From Eledone cirrhosa (Eukaryota), in assembly GCA_964016885.1 (NCBI GenBank), contig OZ024742.1, positions 357,926,001-357,990,000 of the forward strand: a DNA stretch of 64,000 nucleotides. The letters run 5' to 3'. A program made the translations under genes and the position numbers. Shown here in pieces: positions 1-11,527 of the stretch. Within the stretch, counting starts at the first letter, position 1; the number at the start of each line of letters is the position of its first letter. The notes below the pieces were generated by a model. That model was not told where the DNA came from, ran no database searches, and was given only the letters and a program-made list of their open reading frames with translations.

Positions 1-630
1 CAAGCTATCTATGTATGGCTGTACATGGCTATGGTGCGACCACACTTAGAATTTGCATCACCAGTCTGGAACCCCTATCTTGCTCAGAACATTGACCGCT
101 TCGAAACTGTTCAGAGACGTGCAACCAAGCGAATACCCTCCATCAGGCATCTACCATACTCTGAACGCCTTGCTTCTCTGGGTATGGATACATTGAAGTT
201 CCGACGCCTGGCAACTGATTTGGTAAACAACCACAAAATTGTTAACCATCTTGCCAACAACAACCCTGAGCACATTTTTGATTTCCATGTGTCTAACATA
301 CGTGGACATGCCCACAAAGTCAGAAAACAGCACAGTTCCCATGACTTTCGGAAACATTTTTCATGCTCAGAGTTGCTGAAGCATGGAACAAACTACCTGC
401 ATCAGTTGTTAGCTGTCGAGACACTGCATCCCTTAAAACCTCCATGCTTCCCGAGATTCGCCAACACTACACATAATGTTCCCCTCCATACACACGCACA
501 CATGTATATCATGACTCATACACTATTCACTTCTCTGACATTTGTATATTATTATATGTACTATACATACACCTTTGACGAGTTGTAGTGCACCTGAGCA
601 CTTTACACAATAATTTCATTATTATTATTA
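1..630 (+). mobile_element. CR1-like LINE, 3' end (RT C-terminal region, frameshifted, plus 3' UTR ending in (ATT)n)
   Basis: The translation VRPHLEFASPVWNPYL..IDRFETVQRRATK..LPYSERL..LG..TL..RR...DL...HKI...RGH is the typical CR1/L2-group post-RT region. The 3' UTR recurs at 8460-8655. Confidence 0.85.
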
Positions 631-813
631 TAAGCGTATTAGCGTCTACAAGGAAATATGGATAGGAACATAAACACATACACATACATATACACATATA
701 TATACATAAATACATACGCATACATATACACAGATATATATGCACTCAAATTTGGGAAGTAGTGGGGAAGCAGAAATAACTAAATAAAAAAATAAATAAG
801 GACAAAAATTACA

Positions 814-880
<67 letters not shown>

Positions 881-1123
881 AAAGTAAAAACGAAAACAAA
901 ATAAAGTAAAAGAAGAGGAGGACGTGTTGACAACGATAGGTGTGAGTGTGTGTGTGATGGGGGGGGGGGATAAATAAAAACAACTGAAATATAAACAAAT
1001 ACACAAGATATGAATATTTATATATATATATATATATATACATATACATGTGTATATACCTATCCACACATGCAAACACACATGCATATATATGTATATA
1101 TATATATAAAATAAATATACGTA

Positions 1124-1595
1124 ATCATAGATATAATAAGATATTTAATAAAAATGTCGTTAAAATCAGTTACTCTTGCTGCCCAGCAATGAAAACTAAA
1201 ATTAACAACTCTAATGGTACTAGAGTAAATCCAGGATGCAGTTGCAGGAAGCTGGAAGAATGCCCATTACAGGGTAAATGTAATACCAAATCTATTGTGT
1301 ATGAGGCCAAATTGACACCTATGATTAATAACCAGCCAGCCAGGAGTGAACGATATGTTGGCATGACTCAGGACAGATTTAAAACCAGGTATTATGCATT
1401 AAAGACAAAAACATTCCGTACACTATTGATTGGTCTATTTTAGACCACTCAAGAGAATACCAAAGGAGCACAATGAAATGTACCACGGAAAAATTTAGAA
1501 TTCTCCAAAACTTGAAAACCCCTACCACTTGTCTGAACTCTAAGACCGAGTTCTTTAGACGTTGTCCACACCTGAACTCGCATCTACTTTTTAAC
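1124..1595 (+). pseudogene. Penelope-like element RT-EN linker and GIY-YIG endonuclease remnant
   Basis: [36 protein letters not shown] (CxCx5Cx5C), IVYEAK...YVGMTQDRFKTRY, then after frameshifts LNSKTEFFRRCPH. Confidence 0.85.
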
Positions 1596-2563
1596 TGGAT
1601 TAACATACCAACGATTACTCAACTACCTAGAGCTTCTTTACTTATCACGCGTTCAACTCACTACCAATATCGTTACCTTTTGAACTTTTACTTTCTACCA
1701 ATATATATTTTTTCTCCCTCATTTCTTTCTATATTTCATTTTACTTATATCCCCCCCCCCCACTATCTACCATACCTTTAATATATACACAACCACCACC
1801 TTTATCCTTTACCCAGATCACTTTTTAACTATATAACCTTATCCAGATCTCATCACTTACTCTCTACTATAACTTTTACACCAACTTTCTCCCTTACCTG
1901 TTTTTAATAATTGTTTTTATTATTTTATTTCATTCTTACTTACCCACCAGGTTTTTAAGTGTACTCACTTAGGGTTGTATGTGGGCGCATATGCAGACAG
2001 ACTTACGTGTACTTACATATTTACGTGTTTTTATTTATATGCATGTGTGCGCGTGTGTATGTATGTGTGTATATATATATATATATAAATATGTGTATGT
2101 GTGTTTGTATATATATATATAGAGAGAGAGATATGTATGTCTATATTTGTTTATATGTATTTGTATATATGTATGCATGTGTTTGTATATATGTTTATAT
2201 ATGTGTGTATGGATTTACGTATATGTTTATTTGTATGCGTGTGTTAATTTCTTATTGCGTGAGTTGTCCGCACGCATATGTGTACGTATTTACGTCGGTT
2301 ATGTACCTTTGAGATTCATTTATTTTTTGTATGTTTTTTTTTGTATGTGTATGCATGTGGATGTGTGTGTATTTGCATGTATGTATGTGTGTTTATATAT
2401 TTGTGTGTGTGTATGTGTGTGTATATATGTGTTTATATATGTATATGTATGCACATGTGTGTGTATGTGTACGTATATTTATTTTACATATATATACACA
2501 TATATATGCGTGTGTGTTTGCATGTGTGGATAGGCACATATGCATGTATATGTGTATGTGTGC

Positions 2564-2611
<48 letters not shown>

Positions 2612-3053
2612 GCATATCTTGTGTATTTGTTTATATTTAAGTTGCTTTTATTTATTTGCCAATACACTCACACTTATCGTTGTCAACACGTCACCCCTTC
2701 TTTTACTTTATTTAGTTTTCGTTTTTACTTTCTTATATATATTATATATATATATATTTATATATATATATATATATATACATATATTTTTTGTTCTTAT
2801 TTATTTTTTTAATTTAGTTATTTCTACTTCCCTAATACTTCCCAAATTTGAATGCATATATATCTGTGTATATGTATGTGTATGTATTTATGTATATATC
2901 TGTGTATATGTATGTGTATGTATTTATGTTCCTGTCCATATTTCCTGTAGACGCTAATACGTTTATGTGAGAAAGTATACGTCTACGTACTTTTTAGTAT
3001 ATGCGCGTAGTTGATTGTGTGTATGTTTACGTTCTGGATATTTATATTTTTAT

Positions 3054-3084
<31 letters not shown>

Positions 3085-3190
3085 CCCTATGTCCTTTTCG
3101 CCCGTTTTTTTCAGCCTCACTTTCATATTTCCTAAATTTTGTTTTCAAATCCATATTTAATAAAAAAAAAAAAACACCATGTTTTTTTTA

Positions 3191-3246
3191 TTCATTCTAA
3201 TGACTAAAGAAAGACATCTGTCTTCAAGAAACGACTGGTAAATGAA
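3191..3246 (+). ncRNA. Degenerate minimal type I hammerhead ribozyme (core G5A)
   Basis: TTCATT-CTAATGA-stem II (AAGACA/TGTCTT)-GAAAC GACTG GTA-AATGAA. Stem I is a perfect 6 bp (TTCATT/AATGAA). Confidence 0.55.
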
Positions 3247-3347
3247 ATAATTATTTTATGTTGTTTATTACATAACTAATAAGCTCTGTAGGTTACATAT
3301 GGCACTCTTTTTTCCTGTACATTTTTAGTCTTCAAAATTATTATTAT

Positions 3348-3381
<34 letters not shown>

Positions 3382-4406
3382 GTCTAACCCATGCTAGCGT
3401 GGAAGATAGACGCTAAACGAAGATGATAATGATGATGATGATATACACATGCATGCATATATATATATATATATATATACATACATGTGTGTCTATATAT
3501 ATAAACATAGACACACACATATGTATGTATATACACACACACATATATATATATTTATCCTTATCAAGCCCTCTTTGGATTTTAGTCTTCAAATTTATTA
3601 TTATTTGGCTCTCTCGGTTGAGCACTCTATTGACTTATATTCATCATGCAGAAACAACATCTGAATATTTCTACAAAGAACATACCAGTACCAAGCAGGA
3701 AAGTATACCTAAAACTCCTGATAACCAAAGTATCGTCTTTCTGTCTTCCTCCGGTTGCAACGTTTTTTGAAATATTCACTTCTGCGTTTACAGATTGACT
3801 TTGTTAGTTTCAGAAGATCCCGTTAAGGGTGAAAGCAGCGATTCATTGCTTAAACTTTAATCTGTTATTTTAATAAATATATATATATCATCATCATCAT
3901 AATCATTTTACGTCCGCTTTTCGATGCTTGCAATATATATATATATTTGTTTCTTTTTTCAGTTAAAACATTATCATGTCAAGTTTGTTTCTCTGAAACC
4001 TTATCTTCTTAATTTCAAACATGGGATATTAAAATTGCATACAAAATATATGCCATGTATTTCTTTCATTACATTTTCATGTCACTATTATTTGAAATAA
4101 TAGACTTAGTGAAGCCTTGCAAATAAAATAGCTCATCTTTAGTCAAGTTTTTATTTCAGTTTCTATTGTTAATTAAATTTTCCTCTCATCTCTATGGCAC
4201 CCAAAAGCTAATGTTTCATTTGCTTTGGACAAAACATGTTATTAACTATGTGTGTTATTTAGTATTTGTTTACAATATAGATATATACATAAAATATATA
4301 TATATATATGTGTGTGTGAAGGTGTATATAACCATACATGTATATGTATTTATGAATATAACCGTCGTTTATGTATATATACACATATATGCACACACAC
4401 AGACAT

Positions 4407-4464
<58 letters not shown>

Positions 4465-4562
4465 ACATACACTTATGCTTATATATAGTTAGATTAATGT
4501 ATATAAGCACAAATACTTTATATTCTTAGATTTATCTGCGTCACAATATATATATATATACA

Positions 4563-4627
4563 TTAACGATTCAAGTTATCCCTGGAAAGTTTTCCATGGA
4601 CTTTCCAGGGATAACTTGAACCGTTAA
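4563..4627. repeat. Short palindrome (about 28-bp arms)
   Basis: ttaacgattcaagttatccctggaaagt ... actttccagggataacttgaaccgttaa. Confidence 0.85.
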
Positions 4628-4671
4628 GGTATATCATCCTTGGACATGTGAAATATTTATAAAACATTTTG

Positions 4672-4733
4672 TATATTATCTGATGATAGCGTACCAACAT
4701 TTTTGGTACGCTTGAAATATATATAATAGAATA
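4672..4733 (+). ncRNA. Minimal type I hammerhead ribozyme
   Basis: CTGATGA, 10-bp stem II AGCGTACCAA/TTGGTACGCT, GAAA, palindromic stem III ATATATAT, AUA triplet, stem I TATATTAT/ATAGAATA. Confidence 0.7.
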
Positions 4734-4774
4734 AATATGGTTTTATAAATATAGTTTCCATTTATTTAAAATCA

Positions 4775-4827
<53 letters not shown>

Positions 4828-5032
4828 TACGTATCGAGAGAGAGAAAAGGAGGGATAGGTGATACATGTAGTTATTTGCCAAATAGCGTATGCAGCAGGT
4901 GCTCAATACTAGTGCCGGCAGTGTTGAATATTAGAAGTGTTAATATCTAGTGGGCGAGAGAATTAGCAGAGCGTAAGCACGTGGAAAAGTAAAATATAGA
5001 ACAGACCGTTAAAACATATTTATTTACAATAG

Positions 5033-5073
5033 CACCTACGTACGTTTCGCCCGAATGGGCTTCTCCAGGGCAT
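5033..5073 (-). ncRNA. Minimal type I hammerhead ribozyme (A6G variant) in the pseudo-LTR
   Basis: Reverse complement reads TGCC-CTGGAGA-A-GCCC ATTC GGGC-GAA-ACGTACGT-A-GGTG. Confidence 0.65.
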
Positions 5074-5484
5074 AAATAACTAAAAAGTGCTTCTTACACG
5101 GCCCGGAATGTGTTTTTAGAGATAAGTTCACGTCAGTGTTCATTCTTCGCAAAAAAGCGTGTTTTGATTTTGCAGTATGTCAAGGGAGGTAACTCTGGCC
5201 GGTGTTAGGGCATTCTTTCCCGGACAATTTTTTTTTATCCGTTACAAGATGTGGTTACAACCTTACCATTGTCGATACGCACAGGGTCAGGTATGCAACG
5301 TTTCTTTTGAGACGTTTGTTTCTGCACCTGTCCGCCTGGGTCAATTGAAGCCGGGTCTGGGATGCATGGTTAGTTTCCCGATTTTTTTTTGCAGCGCCTC
5401 CCCGCCGGGGTGTTAAGGCTTGGTGCAGGGAGACTCGGTATACAGTTTCACTCCTCGTTCTTATTCCATCTGAAGTAGCAGATT

Positions 5485-6984
5485 TTAAGCGGTGTATACA
5501 GCTCATCGTCGATTCAGGTCTGCTGTTGATGAGCTCGTGGGGTGCCGTTATGATGCGGTAGAGCTCCATGAGGCAAAGATCGCACTTCCTCTTGAAGTTG
5601 TACGGTGCAGCCCTGTCGACAATTTCCCAGTGCGTGGAGAAGCTGATGTTTAAGTCTTTTAATGATGTGGTGTAGTTCGCGTGCGAAGTGGAGTGTCTTA
5701 ACTTCTTATTTGCGAAAGAGTGGAGATGTGTTCAAAACCTAAATTTGAACCGGCCAGAAGTAGCCCCTATATAATGTTTAACGCTATTGTGGCTAATTAC
5801 AATGCAGCTATATATAACCCTATCAGTCAAGCAGTATCCCCTAACGGGGCAGCGCCCCTGTCGCGGCAGTTGCAATTTCGGTCGCGGTCCCTTCTAGTTC
5901 CCACGGTAAGGCTATCATTATTGCTATCTACGTTGTTACCTACTCTCCTGCACCTGTCGTTAGCCCTATTACAACCCAGTGTGCGAGGTGGTACCATTAT
6001 TATTCCGCACGCAGCATCGTCTTCCTTTGCCGCCTGGTGACACGTGCGGGTCACCTGCATATTCCCCAGTCATGTCGCGGTTATGCTGGTTGCGTTTTTA
6101 GAGGCTGTTGCCAGCACTATTGGATGCTGCTAGGGAGTCGTTAAGGCCGATGTAGTTACTGTCAGGTGTAGGTGCGTCTGTGCTAGGGTGCTGTGTCTTA
6201 GTGATCTTACTGTGATTAGTTGTTCCTATGATGTCCGCTAAGTTAGGAGTAGAAGAGAAGGATATTTTTATATTGTTCCTATTAAGGATTTCCCTATACC
6301 TATGATTGTGTGGGAAGTTCTTCTCTAAGGCTTCGAAGAATATCCGGGGAATGTCGGAGGCCACACTCCGAGAGTGGGGAGGATGGAACCATAGGACGTT
6401 ACGGTGGCGATTACGCGTCTTTGTACTTTGCTACGGGTGGTTCCATAAAGGTGACCGTTCTTATGCATGTTAATGCGCTGTAGCCCGTTACGTGCCCCTT
6501 TCGCTTTATGCTCGGGTGCACTCTTCTTCCTTCTTCCATGTTTATGTACAGGAAGATGTTGGTTGGAAGGCGTTGGTATTAGGCCGTCGCTTTTGTTGAT
6601 CTTATAGTAGGGTAATAATTCGAGTAGGCTACAGTGGTCACTGTCACCGGGCTCGTGATCATTATTGTGTGGTAAGTTACCTATACTATCACCGGTGTAA
6701 TTAACATTGTGGCCGTGTTCCTTAGTGCGATTACCTAGGCTATTATATCCAACTCCTACTAAGTTGCCGCGTGATCGGTTATAGGTATGGCTTACTATAA
6801 CGTTCGTCTTATGAGGATGGTGGTTTCTGGAGCTAGCATTAGGGATGTAGGAAATTCCTCGCTTAAAGCCGGCGCTTATCAAGGCCCTATTGTAGTAATT
6901 TGCCGCTTGGTTGAAGATATCCTCATTGGCGGAGAGCCTCGAGATCCTATGTGAAATGCTAGAGACTATGGAGTTGAGAATCTG
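5485..6984 (-). pseudogene. Penelope-like ORF C-terminal part: RT thumb, linker and GIY-YIG endonuclease (frameshifts, stops)
   Basis: RISRLSANEDIFNQAANYYNRAL; RNVLWFHPPHSRSV; FPHNHRYREILNRNNIKISFSSTPNL; CNCRDRG/CPVRGYCLTDRVIYSC...HYIGATSGRFKFRF*TH; WEIVDRAAPYNFKRKCDLCLME; LINSRPESTMSCIHR. Confidence 0.88.
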
Positions 6985-7427
6985 CACGAGCTCATCAACA
7001 GCAGACCTGAATCGACGATAAGCTGTACACACCGCTTAAAAATATCCTACTTCAGATGGAATAAGAACGAGGAGTGAAACCGTATACCGAGTCTCCCTGC
7101 ACCAAGCCTTAACATCCCGGCGGGCAGGCGCTGCAAAAAACATCCGGAAACTAACCATGCATCCCAGACCCGGCTTCAATTGACCCAGGCGGACAGGTGC
7201 AGAAACAAACGTCTCAAAAGAAACGTTATATACCTGACCCTGTGCGTATCGACAATGGTAAGGTAAAAAAAAATTGTCCGGGAAAGAATGCCCTAACACC
7301 GGCCAGAGTTAGCTCCCTTGACCTACTGCAAAATCAAAACACGCTTTTTTGCGAAGAATGAACACTGACGTGAACTTATCTCTAAAAACACATTCCGGGC
7401 CGTGTAAGAAGCACTTTTTAGTTATTT

Positions 7428-7468
7428 ATGCCCTGGAGAAGCCCATTCGGGCGAAACGTACGTAGGTG
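7428..7468 (+). ncRNA. Minimal type I hammerhead ribozyme (A6G variant), inverted copy
   Basis: atgccctggagaagcccattcgggcgaaacgtacgtaggtg; palindromic stem III ACGTACGT and a GUA site. Confidence 0.65.
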
Positions 7469-7675
7469 CTATTGTAAATAAATATGTTTTAACGGTCTGT
7501 TCTATATTTTACTTTTCCACGTGCTTACGCTCTGCTAATTCTCTCGCCCACTAGATATTAACACTTCTAATATTCAACACTGCCGGCACTAGTATTGAGC
7601 ACCTGCTGCATACGCTATTTGGCAAATAACTACATGTATCACCTATCCCTCCTTTTCTCTCTCTCGATATGTAAG

Positions 7676-7712
<37 letters not shown>

Positions 7713-7753
7713 TGATTTTAAATAAATGGAAACTATATTTATAAAACCATATT

Positions 7754-7815
7754 TATTCTATTATATATATTTCAAGGGTACCAAATATTTTGGAACCCTA
7801 TCATCAGATAAAATA
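7754..7815 (-). ncRNA. Minimal type I hammerhead ribozyme
   Basis: Reverse complement reads TATTTTAT-CTGATGA-T AGGGTTCCAAA ATA TTTGGTACCCT T-GAA-ATATATAT-A-ATAGAATA. Confidence 0.7.
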
Positions 7816-7929
7816 CAAAATGTTTTATAAATATTTGACATGACCAAGGATGATATACCTTAACGGTTCAAGTTATCCCTGGAAAGTTTTCCCTGGACTT
7901 TCCATGTGAAATATTTATAAAACATTTTG

Positions 7930-7992
7930 TATTTTATCTGATGATAGCGTACCAACATTTTTTGGTACCCTTGAAATACATATAATAGAATA
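7930..7992 (+). ncRNA. Minimal type I hammerhead ribozyme
   Basis: TATTTTAT-CTGATGA-stem II-GAAATACATATA-ATAGAATA, with an 8-bp stem I. Confidence 0.65.
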
Positions 7993-8112
7993 AATAAAGT
8001 TTCCACTTATTTAATATAAATTGAATACTTACTCCATAAAACTGGCGAGTTCTTTGAATCAGTTGTAAACATCTATATTTGTTGGATTTCCAACAAATTA
8101 AATATCTCTTAT

Positions 8113-8153
<41 letters not shown>

Positions 8154-8299
8154 ACTTGCTGTTAGTGGTATATTACTATGTCAGTGATTAAATGTATTAA
8201 ACTTTTCATTTTTGTTTATAAGCAGACTGTAATTATATATATATGTATATACACGAAACAAAGTACTCAATACCGAAATAGAGTTTAAATATTCATTTA

Positions 8300-8455
8300 T
8301 TATCAACTATTTCTTGTGGGGCACCTTAAACAGCAGGCCCTACAGCAAGAAGGAGGCAGTCAAGGAAGCCATCAGTGAGGGCGTCACCAACGCCTCCAGC
8401 TTCTAGTCCTGCCTGAATAAAGTCATGTTTGCCGATGGTTGCCACATCAATTTTA
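8300..8455 (+). mobile_element. Tc1/mariner (maT-like) transposase C-terminal relic
   Basis: Pieces NYFLWGTLNSRPYSKKEAVKEAI and SF*SCLNKVMFADGCHI resemble the C-terminus of the transposase at 20760-21263. Confidence 0.5.
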
Positions 8456-8459
8456 ACTT

Positions 8460-8655
8460 CATCCTTTAAAACCTCCATGCTTCCTGAGATTTGCCAACAC
8501 TACACCTAATATTCCCCCTCCATACACACGCACACATGTATATCATGACTCATACACTGTTCACTTCCCTGATATTTGTACATTATTCTATGTACTATAC
8601 ATGCACCTTTGATGAGTTGTAGTGCACCTGAGCACTGTACACAATAATTATTAAT
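8460..8655 (+). mobile_element. CR1-like LINE 3' UTR, second copy
   Basis: Closely similar to 428-620 (aaaacctccatgcttcc...gagttgtagtgcacctgagcact). Confidence 0.85.
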
Positions 8656-8722
8656 TTTCTAAATTAAAAAAACCGTTTTAATTATCCATTAATTTTTCCT
8701 GTATTTATCTGCATCATGATAT

Positions 8723-9005
8723 ATCATCATCATCATCATCATCATCATCACCGTTTTACGCCTGTTCTTCCACGCTAGCATGGGTTAGACGGGTTGTCCT
8801 GTTGTGGGCAGTGTCCGGTCGGCTGACCCGGTCTTGCTCATACAGGAACGGATTCTGGCTTGATTTCCACAGCCAACCTCATTTACAGTGAGTGCTCGGT
8901 GCTTTTTTTCTGTGGCGCCTACACGTCCACTTTACAGTATGGGCTGGGTGCTTTTTTGCCATGGCACCTCCACGACCACTTTGCAGTAGGGGTGTGTGGG
9001 GGTAT
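8723..9005 (-). mobile_element. RTE LINE 3' UTR with (GAT)n tail
   Basis: Reverse complement matches about 27345-27632. Confidence 0.85.
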
Positions 9006-9677
9006 ATATATATGGTATGACTTTGCGTTTTATCCTTTGTATGAAATATTGATTGTTCTTCCGGTATCTTATCTCTGTTTTTAGCCTAAGAAAATACCTA
9101 TATGCGTGTATAAATAATACATGCATATATTTATTTTTTTATATCCAATTGAGTTCTTCACGCATGGTTAAAATTATTGAAAGAATTAATTGACCCGCGT
9201 GCATATTATTTTATTATTTTATGTTTTGCGATGACCTCCGCTTTCTGCTTGATGGCAGTGTGAGATTTCTCATTGTGAGACTGCTGAAATTTCAAATTTG
9301 GCGGTCATTCTGGCACGGAGGGGTACCATCGCTGAACATTAATATCGGTAAGGTTTTTTTTTATATCGATATTTGTCGGGCATCCACTGATGATTTATAA
9401 GTGCCCACCTACATATATTCCTACGGACTATGTGTAGGCTTCTACATAACCAGGACATTATTTTCCCAATTTGTAGAAGCCTTATAATGAAACGATCGTT
9501 TGGAAAGAGAGATGTATTTTAATTATGTCTCATATAAAATAATACAACTGGCTATCCGCAAAATACGTATAGTTAGCACACCAAGCGTATAATTGGGATT
9601 ATACTAAGGTGTATCCTAATGTTGAGTGAGACGGAAGCCGGTCGGAGTATTGCTTAAAGCTTTCTCTGTTAATGTAT

Positions 9678-9707
<30 letters not shown>

Positions 9708-9708
<1 letters not shown>

Positions 9709-10036
9709 CATCATTTTACGTACACTTTTCCCTGCTTACAAGGGTGGGACGGTAACTGATTCTGGCTTGATTTCTACAGTTGGATGCCCTTCCTAACACC
9801 AACCTCATTTACAGTGAGAACTGGCTGCTTTTTGCCATGGCACCTACACAACCACTTTGCAGTGGAATGATAGGGACCCTAGTCCTTATTATCTCATTTC
9901 TACAGCTGAGTAAACTGGAGGAATGTGAAATAAAGTGTCTTGCTCAAGGAAACAACACATCACCCGGTCTGAGAATTGAACTCACAACCTTTCGATTGCA
10001 AGGCCAATGCTCTAACCACTAAGCCATGTGCCTCCA
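9708..10036 (-). mobile_element. tRNA-derived SINE with an RTE-type 3' tail
   Basis: A box TGGCTTAGTGGT, B box GAGTTCAATTCT and the CTTGAGCAAGACACTTTA body motif. The tail GTTGGTGTTAGGAAGGGCATCC...(GAT)n is shared with the RTE 3' UTRs. Confidence 0.8.
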
Positions 10037-10102
10037 TATATATATGTGTGTGTGTTAGGTAATTGCAAAGGAAAAAAGAGTGCTCTATGTATAGAACAGA
10101 GC

Positions 10103-10332
10103 TATTTAATTAGAAAGTGAACAACACAAAATATAAGTACTCCATTACCAAAGGTTTCTGGATCACAGACGATAATAATATAATACGCGCCTGAATCGGT
10201 CGTCAGGCAGAGATGTTATGATAATATCTCTGTCTGACGACCGATCCAGGTGTATATTATTATTGTCTGGGATCCAGAAACCTTTGGTAATGTAGTAGTT
10301 ATATTTTGTGTTGCTCACTTTCTAATTAAGTA
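10103..10332. repeat. Fold-back palindrome (about 110-bp arms) with divergent hammerhead motifs (10140-10213 minus; 10228-10295 plus)
   Basis: The arms are reverse complements. Each reads CTCTGY-CTGACGA-long stem II-GAAACCTTTGGTA-ATGKAG. Confidence 0.75.
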
Positions 10333-10339
10333 TATATAT

Positions 10340-10443
10340 TTAGGACCGTAACAAGTGGAGAGATGCTGTGCTGAATAGGACCCGTCCGACCCTTGCAAGC
10401 AGGGAAAAACGGGCATAAAATGATGATGTAGATGATGATGATG
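10340..10443 (+). mobile_element. Extreme 3' end of an RTE LINE
   Basis: Reads DRNKWRDAVLNRTRPTLASREK, followed by (GAT)n. Confidence 0.6.
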
Positions 10444-11307
10444 TGTGTGTGTGTGTGTTCATATATATCAAACTTAGTAGAGCTGAGATTACTGTCACTA
10501 CCTCTAAGTAATCACAGTTCCACAGTAAATTGATTCACTCTCTTTTTGTATTGAGTACTTTTTCTTCTTTTTTTTTGTAAACTCAAACGTATATTCACAC
10601 TCATATCCAAACACTCCCCCCCCCCATATATATATATATATCTGTGTGTGTGTGTGTATACTGGAAAAAAATGTTGCTTAATGTAAATAATGTTGATGTA
10701 CATGTATGCGTGTGTGTGTGAGTGTGTGTGTGTGTGTGTGTGTGTATGTGAAAATTGTGTTTCTTTTTTTTAATTCTGTATTGATTCAGTAGTATTTAAA
10801 GTCAAAATATTGAGATTGAAAAGAGAGAGCAGAGAAAAAATTACCATCACTTGAGATAAATTTCTAACGCTGTTCTATATTATAGCTGTTAGCTGAATGA
10901 AACTAAAACAAATTGGTTTCATGAATCGGCAGTTTTATGTGAAATGAGAAAATAATGTTCAAGCACAACCACAACATCATCACTTCCTAAATCTATTAGT
11001 GAACATTCGAAAATGGTGTAGGTTTATCAACTTTCTCATTAATACTCTTTCCGCTAGTTGCTTTTGCTAATAAGATGAATTTCAATGCTTGAAGAAACAA
11101 GTATTTAGAGTAGACTTCTTCAGACAGGCATTACCCTAAATTTTGTCAGAATATGACAGGTACCTGAAAATATTTGGAGGGGACAAAGGCCAAAACATTG
11201 TGATTATAACAACAACGATGAGGAAACTTATCAAAATATATTAGTTTACTATATAGATAATTCCTCCAAAGACACTCGTCTGACTAAATCGGGGATTATA
11301 ACTTGCT

Positions 11308-11527
11308 TTAACCCTTTAGCATTTACATTACTCTATATTTACTATTGTATTTTTGTGGTAAAGGCTTTATCTTACATAATTATTTCACATAATGTTGAAT
11401 CTACAAAATTTTGATGTTATTTATTTTGAGAACAATATCTTAACATCAGTATGAGTGGCCAGTTATGTCCAGTTTGAACAGAAAGAGGTGAGAGAGTTCT
11501 GGCTGGATACATCCGGTTTAAATGCTG
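11308..11527. mobile_element. MITE-like element (TTAACCC terminus), copy 1
   Basis: Homologous to 18688-18902; begins ttaaccctttagcattta. Confidence 0.6.

Larger units (their letters stand above)
630..3350 (+). mobile_element. 5'-truncated Penelope-like element (Naiad-type) with 5' inverted repeat, GIY-YIG remnant and long microsatellite-rich 3' region
   Basis: 630-1123 is the reverse complement of 2470-2966. The ORF remnant starts at the inversion junction, and a hammerhead-like motif lies at 3191-3246. Confidence 0.75.
4600..7887 (-). mobile_element. Penelope-like element (Naiad-type), 5'-truncated, with a large inverted pseudo-LTR (4600-5539 / 6985-7887)
   Basis: Highly similar inverted repeats of about 0.9 kb flank a minus-strand RT-thumb/linker/GIY-YIG remnant. 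Each arm contains hammerhead motifs. Confidence 0.85.

Noticed and set aside
3805-3870. Hammerhead-like CAGAAGA-CCC/GGG-GAAAGC motif, also in reverse orientation at about 24215-24275
   Set aside because: It is a real dispersed repeat, but U4 is A in both copies and no NUH or stem I is evident.
527-4510. Many Y/I/C/V/M-rich ORFs
   Set aside because: They are translations of (TA)n/(TG)n microsatellites.
5729-5737. In-frame TGA in the GIY-YIG domain as selenocysteine, as reported for some Naiad elements
   Set aside because: It is not at a conserved Cys position, the copy has other frameshifts, and no SECIS was recognised.
9460-9506. Possible decayed hammerhead (GAAACGATCGTT palindromic stem III)
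   Set aside because: The core has two substitutions (TTGTAGA) and stem II does not pair.
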